This document shows positions 34,783 to 40,450 of a stretch of DNA of 40,450 nt, piece after piece. A program made the translations under genes and the position numbers. The notes beneath the pieces are model-generated. The model was given only the letters and a program-made list of their open reading frames with translations. It was not told the DNA's origin and did no database searches. Within the stretch, counting starts at the first letter, position 1. Every line of letters starts with the position of its first letter. This DNA comes from an uncultured bacterium (GTDB lineage Bacteria; Fidelibacterota; Marinisomatia; Marinisomatales; UBA1611): positions 1 through 40,450 of the forward strand of contig CAZCHA010000001.1 of assembly GCA_964498175.1 (NCBI GenBank), written 5' to 3'.

Positions 34783-37167
34783 ATGAAAATTCTCAAATTT
34801 GGCGGATCATCCGTAAAAACGACTAAACGAATTGAACAGGTGGTGCAGCTCATTTTGTCTGAACATCCATGCGGTGTAGTTGTATCTGCATTTGGTGGCG
34901 TTACGAATCAACTCATTCAATTAATCGCATGTGCGGAACGGGGTACTGATTATAATAATGAAATGCAATTATTATTCGATAGACATCGGCAAACCATTCA
35001 TGATCTCCATCTCGAAAAAGAATTATTGTTTAGCACTATTCAAAAAATAGAAAATGAATTAGGTGTTACATTAAGCACAATTGCCAACCAGAAAAAGTGT
35101 ACACCACAATTAAAAGATGCGGCACTAAGTGTTGGTGAACGATTATCTGCAAATATTATTACGGAAGCGTGTATTGAAAAAGGAATAAATGCAGCATATT
35201 TGGATGCGCGAAAAGTTATTTTAACAGATGATCATTTCGGAAGCGCATTTGTTCATTATCAAAAATCTTACAATAATATTCGCAATGAATGGAAAGATGA
35301 ATCAAAAACAAGGATAATTACTGGATTCATTGGTGCCACTGAATCAGGAGAAACGACAACTTTTGGAAGGAGTGGTTCAGACTATACCGCATCCATTTTT
35401 GGTGCTGCTTTAGATGTAAAAGAAATAGAAATCTGGACTGATGTAAACGGTATTTTGTCTGCGGACCCCAATGTGGTTTTTGATGCAAAAACCATTTCTC
35501 ATATTACGTATGAAGAAGCCATGGAACTGGCTCATGCCGGGGCAAAAGTCATTTTCCCCCCCACCATGATTCCTGCTTTATATAAATCTATTCCCATCCG
35601 TATAAAAAATACATTTGAACCGGACAATCCAGGGACGGCTATTACACAGGATCGTTTAAGGGATGATCATTTTGCCGTGGGTATTTCATCTTTGTATAAT
35701 ATTTCCCTAATCCGATTCCAAGGAGCCGGTATGGTGGGGCGTTTTGGAGTGATTGGTCGGGTATTTGATTCATTGGCCAAAAAGAAAATAAATATTATTC
35801 TTGTATCTCAAGTGTTTAGCGAACATTCCATTTGTTTTGCCATCCAACCTGCAGAAGTTGATTTAGCTGAATCTATTTTGAAAGAAGAATTTTTATTTGA
35901 ACTGGAAAATCATTTTATCGATTCTATTAAAATTGAGAATGATCTTTCTCTCATTGCTGTTGTTGGTGAAGGAATGCGCCATACACCTGGAATTGCCGGA
36001 AAATTATTTAGCGTCCTAGGCGAACAGAATGTGAATGTGATAGCTATTGCTCAAGGATCTTCGGAAAGAAACATATCCTTCATTATTAAAAATGATGGAG
36101 TCAAATCAGCCGTTCGATCTTTGCATCAATATATTTTTTCAGACAATACTATTATTAATGTATTTATCGCTGGGGTTGGTTTGGTTGGTTCAGATTTAAT
36201 AAGGTTAATCCAAGACAATAATTCCATAAATATATGCGGTATAATGAATAGCCGAAAAATGATTTTGAATCCAAATGGATTAGATTCCCAACATTATGTG
36301 GAAGAATTAGCAAATGGCGATACAGTTGATTTGGAATCATTTATTTCTTCCGCATCCCAATCTCTGAACGCTGTATTTGTGGATGTAACATCATCACCAG
36401 CAATTGCAGAAAAAACGGCAAATATTCTTAAAAAAGGAATTTCTGTTGTAACTGCTAGCAAACTGGCCAATGCCATGAATCAGGATTATTATAATTCGAT
36501 TCGTGAAAATTCAAAAGCCGGTGGTACTCTATTTAAATATGAAACAAATGTTGGCGCAGGGCTCCCCATTATTGAAACATTACAAACTTTATTAAACACA
36601 GGCGATACAGTTGAAAAGATTAAAGGAACTATATCTGGAACGTTAAGCTATTTATTCAGCCAATTTGATGGTTCTATTCCTTTTAGTGAATTAGTAAAAA
36701 GTGCTCGGGAAAGCGGATACACTGAACCGGATCCGAGAGATGACTTAAATGGTGTGGACGTGGGAAGAAAAATTCTCATTTTAGCACGAGAGACTGGTGC
36801 AAAACTAGAGCTTGAAGATGTATCTATTCAAAGCTTGATTCCAGAAAATCTGGAGCCGACACTTTCCATTGACGAATTTTTAGAGCGATTATCTAAAAAT
36901 GATGACCAATTTTTAAACATGTATACTTCAGCTTCCCGGGAGGATAAGGTGCTACGATATATAGCCACCTGGAATGGCCAAAATGCAACAGTGGAATTGA
37001 AAGCAGTAGGAATTAAAAACCCTTTTTATCATCAAAATGGACGAGAAAATTTTATTGTGTTTACAACCAAAAGATATAAAGATACACCCATGATTATAAA
37101 AGGACATGGCGCCGGAGCTGAAGTCACAGCTGCTGGTGTTTTAGGAGATATTTTAAAATGTCAGTAG
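34783..37167 (+). CDS. thrA: Bifunctional aspartokinase / homoserine dehydrogenase
   Basis: N-terminal kinase KFGGSSV. Two ACT-like regions (GMVGRFGVIGRVF..., GIAGKLFSVLGE...). C-terminal HSD half (GTISGTLSYLF, TEPDPRDDLNG(V)DV). Length 794 aa. Confidence 0.93.
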   Translation: MKILKFGGSSVKTTKRIEQVVQLILSEHPCGVVVSAFGGVTNQLIQLIACAERGTDYNNEMQLLFDRHRQTIHDLHLEKELLFSTIQKIENELGVTLSTIANQKKCTPQLKDAALSVGERLSANIITEACIEKGINAAYLDARKVILTDDHFGSAFVHYQKSYNNIRNEWKDESKTRIITGFIGATESGETTTFGRSGSDYTASIFGAALDVKEIEIWTDVNGILSADPNVVFDAKTISHITYEEAMELAHAGAKVIFPPTMIPALYKSIPIRIKNTFEPDNPGTAITQDRLRDDHFAVGISSLYNISLIRFQGAGMVGRFGVIGRVFDSLAKKKINIILVSQVFSEHSICFAIQPAEVDLAESILKEEFLFELENHFIDSIKIENDLSLIAVVGEGMRHTPGIAGKLFSVLGEQNVNVIAIAQGSSERNISFIIKNDGVKSAVRSLHQYIFSDNTIINVFIAGVGLVGSDLIRLIQDNNSINICGIMNSRKMILNPNGLDSQHYVEELANGDTVDLESFISSASQSLNAVFVDVTSSPAIAEKTANILKKGISVVTASKLANAMNQDYYNSIRENSKAGGTLFKYETNVGAGLPIIETLQTLLNTGDTVEKIKGTISGTLSYLFSQFDGSIPFSELVKSARESGYTEPDPRDDLNGVDVGRKILILARETGAKLELEDVSIQSLIPENLEPTLSIDEFLERLSKNDDQFLNMYTSASREDKVLRYIATWNGQNATVELKAVGIKNPFYHQNGRENFIVFTTKRYKDTPMIIKGHGAGAEVTAAGVLGDILKCQ

Positions 37168-38264
37168 AAAAAAATATTAAAGTAAGTGTTTTGGGTGCTA
37201 CCGGAATGGTTGGGCAAAATTGCTTACGATTATTAGAAAACCATCCATGGTTTCACGTTATAGATGTGGCCGCTTCAGAGCGTTCCTCCGGAAAAACATA
37301 TAGGGAAGCAACGGATAGCAAATGGGTTATGGAAACGCCAATACCTGATGCCATTTCTGGCTTAATTGTTCGGAATGTGCATGATTTTGAATCGATGCCC
37401 GAGAATGTAACCTGTGTATTTTCTACGCTAGACTTGCAAGAAAAACAAGACACACGTGATTTTGAATTTCGGTATGCCCAAAAAGGATATGCTGTTATTT
37501 CCACCAGTTCTGCAAATCGTCAAACCCCTGATGTACCTATGATCATTCCTGAAATAAACGCCCATCATGCAGACGTGATTCCCATTCAACAAAGGAACCG
37601 AAATTTACCAGGTTCTGGGTTTGTAGCAGTAAAACCTAATTGTTCAATTCAATCCTATATTGTTGTATTAGAAGCATTAAAACAAGCAGGGTTTCCGGTG
37701 GATCGCGTACAAGTGACTACCCTTCAGGCATTGTCAGGTGCCGGCTACAAAGCATTAACCAATCCAGATTTAAAAGAGAATGTGGTGCCATATATTGGCG
37801 GAGAAGAAGAAAAGACAGAAAAAGAACCATTAAAAATATTTGGGGAAGTGACGGAAAACGGTATTGAACAATCCATGGGAATAAATATAAATGCAGTATG
37901 TACACGTGTGCCAGTAGTGGATGGACATACAGCTGTAGTGCATATTGGATTTGGTGATGTTGTCCCTACTCTAGGTGAATTCAAATCAATTATATCTTCA
38001 TTTACAGCAGAGCCACAATCATTGCATCTGCCATCAGCGCCAAAGACACCTATTATCGTTTTGAATGAAATAGATCGTCCCCAACCCAAATTAGATCGAG
38101 ATGTCGGGAATGGCATGGCTGTAACTGTAGGGCGAATAACGGATGATACATTTTTTAATATTCGATTTATTGGATTGTCACATAATACAGTTCGTGGCGC
38201 TGCTGGTGGTGCGATTCTTATGGCAGAATTATTGGCTCAAAAAGGATTTATCCATGTTGAATAA
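37158..38264 (+). CDS. asd: Aspartate-semialdehyde dehydrogenase
   Basis: VLGATGMVGQ NAD(P)-binding motif, active-site Cys in KPNCSIQ, and SGAGY. The ATG overlaps the thrA 3' end by 10 nt. Confidence 0.92.
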   Translation: MSVEKNIKVSVLGATGMVGQNCLRLLENHPWFHVIDVAASERSSGKTYREATDSKWVMETPIPDAISGLIVRNVHDFESMPENVTCVFSTLDLQEKQDTRDFEFRYAQKGYAVISTSSANRQTPDVPMIIPEINAHHADVIPIQQRNRNLPGSGFVAVKPNCSIQSYIVVLEALKQAGFPVDRVQVTTLQALSGAGYKALTNPDLKENVVPYIGGEEEKTEKEPLKIFGEVTENGIEQSMGININAVCTRVPVVDGHTAVVHIGFGDVVPTLGEFKSIISSFTAEPQSLHLPSAPKTPIIVLNEIDRPQPKLDRDVGNGMAVTVGRITDDTFFNIRFIGLSHNTVRGAAGGAILMAELLAQKGFIHVE

Positions 38265-39189
38265 TTCGATTCGAGTCCGGGCAACAGCTTCAGTAGCTAA
38301 CGTATCTTGCGGTTTTGATTGTATTGGTTATGCCATTACAAAACCCGGCGATATTGTTACGATTGAAAAACAGAATCAGTCCGGGATAGAAATTTCAATG
38401 TCCGGAATAAAATATGAATCTATTCCGGTTGATGCTGAAAACAATACTGCGGGAAAAGCCATTTTATCTCTTCTTGATACTTTGGGAAGGAAACAGGGAT
38501 TTAAGGTTCATATTGAAAAAGGGATTCCCCCGGGAAGCGGGATTGGTTCCAGTTCTGCCAGTGCGGCGGCGGCTGTTGTGGGTGTGAATGAATTATTGGA
38601 TAAACCACTCAAAAATAGTGAATTACTGGTTCATGGCATGGCAGGAGAAGCCGTGGCATCGGGTGGATTTCATGCCGATAATATTGCGCCGGCACTTTTC
38701 GGTGGAATCATCCTGATTCGCAGTTATGAACCTTTAGATATTCTGAATTTGCCGGTACCAAAAAGTTTATTCAGTACAGCCGTATTACCTGATTTTATCG
38801 TGAATACTCTGGACGCACGGCGTTTGCTACCTAAACGGGTGCCTTTAAAATCTGCAGTTGAACAGGCCGGAAACCTGGCGGGTTTTACTTTGGGCCTTCA
38901 TGAATCTGATTTTGATCTCTTAGGCCGTTCCATGGTGGACCTTTTCGCTGAACCAATTCGAGCAGAACTCATCCCCGGTTACCACTCTGTTCGACAATCC
39001 GCAATGGATGCCGGAGCAATCGGCTGCGGAATCTCTGGCTCTGGGCCTGCTCTTTTCGCTTTATCCAATTCATTGGAAATAGCAAAACAAATCGGGGCAA
39101 CTATGGTGGATACATTTAATAAAGCGGGACTTAAGAGCATAGCCTACAGTACACCTATTCATACAAAACCACCGGAAATATTGGACTGA
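38254..39189 (+). CDS. thrB: Homoserine kinase
   Basis: GHMP-kinase motif PPGSGIGSSSASAAAAV. The conserved N-terminus begins at MLNNSIRVRATASVANVSCGFD (ATG 38254, overlapping the asd stop). The track's 38143 start adds 37 non-conserved residues that lie inside asd. Confidence 0.9.
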   Translation: MLNNSIRVRATASVANVSCGFDCIGYAITKPGDIVTIEKQNQSGIEISMSGIKYESIPVDAENNTAGKAILSLLDTLGRKQGFKVHIEKGIPPGSGIGSSSASAAAAVVGVNELLDKPLKNSELLVHGMAGEAVASGGFHADNIAPALFGGIILIRSYEPLDILNLPVPKSLFSTAVLPDFIVNTLDARRLLPKRVPLKSAVEQAGNLAGFTLGLHESDFDLLGRSMVDLFAEPIRAELIPGYHSVRQSAMDAGAIGCGISGSGPALFALSNSLEIAKQIGATMVDTFNKAGLKSIAYSTPIHTKPPEILD

Positions 39190-39192
39190 TAC

Positions 39193-40450
39193 TTGCGCTT
39201 TTACAGTACAAAAGGCAACTCTATTTCCGTCGGATTCAAGGATGCACTGTTCCATGGATTAGCACCGGACGGTGGCCTTTATATGCCCGAGACTATTCCT
39301 CACTTAGGGATTGACTTTTTTAAATCTGATTTAAGCTACCCTGAATTAGCTGTTGGTATGATTCACCCATTCACGAAAGATGATTTAACACACGCTCAAC
39401 TAATTAACATTTGTGAATTGGCATTTGATTTTCCTCTGCGAATTAAGGAATTAAATAAAACCGATTCTGTACTGGAATTATTCCATGGACCTACATTCGC
39501 CTTCAAGGATTTTGCTGCCCGGTTCATGGCTCGGACCATGTCTTATTTTCTTGAAAATAAAGATGATGAGCTAACCATTTTAGTAGCTACATCCGGTGAT
39601 ACGGGAAGTGCCGTTGCAAACGGTTTTTTTAACGTAGATGGCATTAACGTTATTATTCTTTATCCTTCCAATCGAGTAAGTGCTATCCAGGAAAACCAAC
39701 TTACAACTTTAGGCGGAAATATTACAGCTTTGGAAATAGACGGCTCCTTTGATGATTGCCAACGAATGGTTAAAGCTGCTTTTCAAGATATCGATTTGCA
39801 AAATCGTTTATCTTTAAGTTCTGCTAATTCGATAAATATGGCTCGCCTTCTCCCACAGTCTGTTTACTATTCATGGGCATGGAAACTATGTGCTGAAAAC
39901 AAACCTATCATTTTCAGTGTCCCCAGTGGGAATTTTGGGAATTTAACCGGTGGACTATTGGCAAACCGAATGGGCGTTCCAGTTGAGAAATTTATTGCTG
40001 CTACGAATGCAAATGATACTTTTCCAAACTTTTTAAGCAGTGGTACAATTCAACATCAAGATGCTGTACAAACAATATCCAATGCAATGGATGTGGGTGT
40101 TCCCAGTAATTTAGATCGAATTCAAAACTTGTTTCATGATGATGTAAATCAAGTAAAGGTGGATATTTCCAGTTGGAGCTTTCCTGATAAAGATACAAAA
40201 GAATCTATTCGAAATATGCAAAATGAGTTTGGCTATTTGATTGATCCACACACCGCAGTTGGTGTTTTGGGATTAACTAAATATAGAAATGAAACAAATT
40301 CTAAAACAAAGGGTGTTGTTTTATCTACGGCGCATCCGGGGAAATTTGCAGATGTGATTGAACCCATCATTGGAAATAAGACAACCTTACCAGAGTCATT
40401 ACAAATTGCCATGAAAAAAGAAAAAAATTCCATTAAAATGCCCAAGAAAT
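39193..40450 (+). CDS. thrC: Threonine synthase (partial; continues past the window end; TTG start)
   Basis: Manual translation gives (L/M)RFYSTKGNSISVGFKDALFHGLAPDGGLYMP...FHGPTFAFKDFAA (PLP Lys)...SANSINMARLLPQSVYY...PSGNFGNLTGG...DPHTAVG...LSTAHPGKF, open to nt 40449. An in-frame TGA at 39187-39189 forces the start to be TTG at 39193. It is absent from the ORF track because no stop lies in the window. Confidence 0.92.
   Translation, partial: MRFYSTKGNSISVGFKDALFHGLAPDGGLYMPETIPHLGIDFFKSDLSYPELAVGMIHPFTKDDLTHAQLINICELAFDFPLRIKELNKTDSVLELFHGPTFAFKDFAARFMARTMSYFLENKDDELTILVATSGDTGSAVANGFFNVDGINVIILYPSNRVSAIQENQLTTLGGNITALEIDGSFDDCQRMVKAAFQDIDLQNRLSLSSANSINMARLLPQSVYYSWAWKLCAENKPIIFSVPSGNFGNLTGGLLANRMGVPVEKFIAATNANDTFPNFLSSGTIQHQDAVQTISNAMDVGVPSNLDRIQNLFHDDVNQVKVDISSWSFPDKDTKESIRNMQNEFGYLIDPHTAVGVLGLTKYRNETNSKTKGVVLSTAHPGKFADVIEPIIGNKTTLPESLQIAMKKEKNSIKMPKK

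Noticed and set aside
38143-38253. 37-codon N-terminal extension of thrB from the ORF track
   Set aside because: The extension lies inside the asd coding region and reads as hydrophobic, non-conserved sequence. Homoserine kinases begin close to the VRATASVANVSCGFD block reached from ATG 38254.
1-40450. Mobile elements, CRISPR arrays, tRNA/rRNA genes, toxin-antitoxin or defence islands
   Set aside because: I found no transposase/integrase-like ORF, no regularly spaced direct repeats, no tRNA-like GC-rich cloverleaf sequence and no terminal inverted repeats. The intergenic spacers are simple AT-rich DNA.

Overview
AT-rich bacterial chromosomal window. I saw no rRNA, tRNA, CRISPR array, IS or phage signature. 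About 33 kb (7.5-40.4 kb) is a tightly packed core-metabolism block. It contains an ABC-F ATPase, MtaB and PEP carboxylase, then a nitrogen module (small outer-membrane beta-barrel, Amt, P-II) divergent from gltB. Next comes a 9-gene minus-strand BCAA operon (ilvD-ilvB-ilvN-ilvC-leuB-leuA-leuC-leuD-cimA), asnB, and a plus-strand thrA-asd-thrB-thrC operon. thrC starts at TTG and runs off the window, so it is missing from the ORF track. The left 7 kb is the unusual part. A 2,110-aa ORF reads as ArsR-like winged helix, then a PilM-like actin-fold domain, then about 1,340 aa of K/E-rich coiled coil, then an NLLP motif, one TM helix and a PilN-like domain. A PilO-like ORF, also missing from the track, starts 6 nt after its stop. 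A 650-bp, roughly 18% GC spacer with five copies of the palindrome ATTATAAT lies upstream. Second notable item: the asnB 5' leader has a 34-codon ORF with five consecutive Asn codons, alternative pairings and a 12-bp/U9 intrinsic terminator just before the asnB RBS. This looks like a textbook leader-peptide attenuator, but for asparagine. A weaker BCAA-rich 48-codon ORF sits in front of ilvD. All calls come from reading the sequence and motifs by eye; no database search was run.
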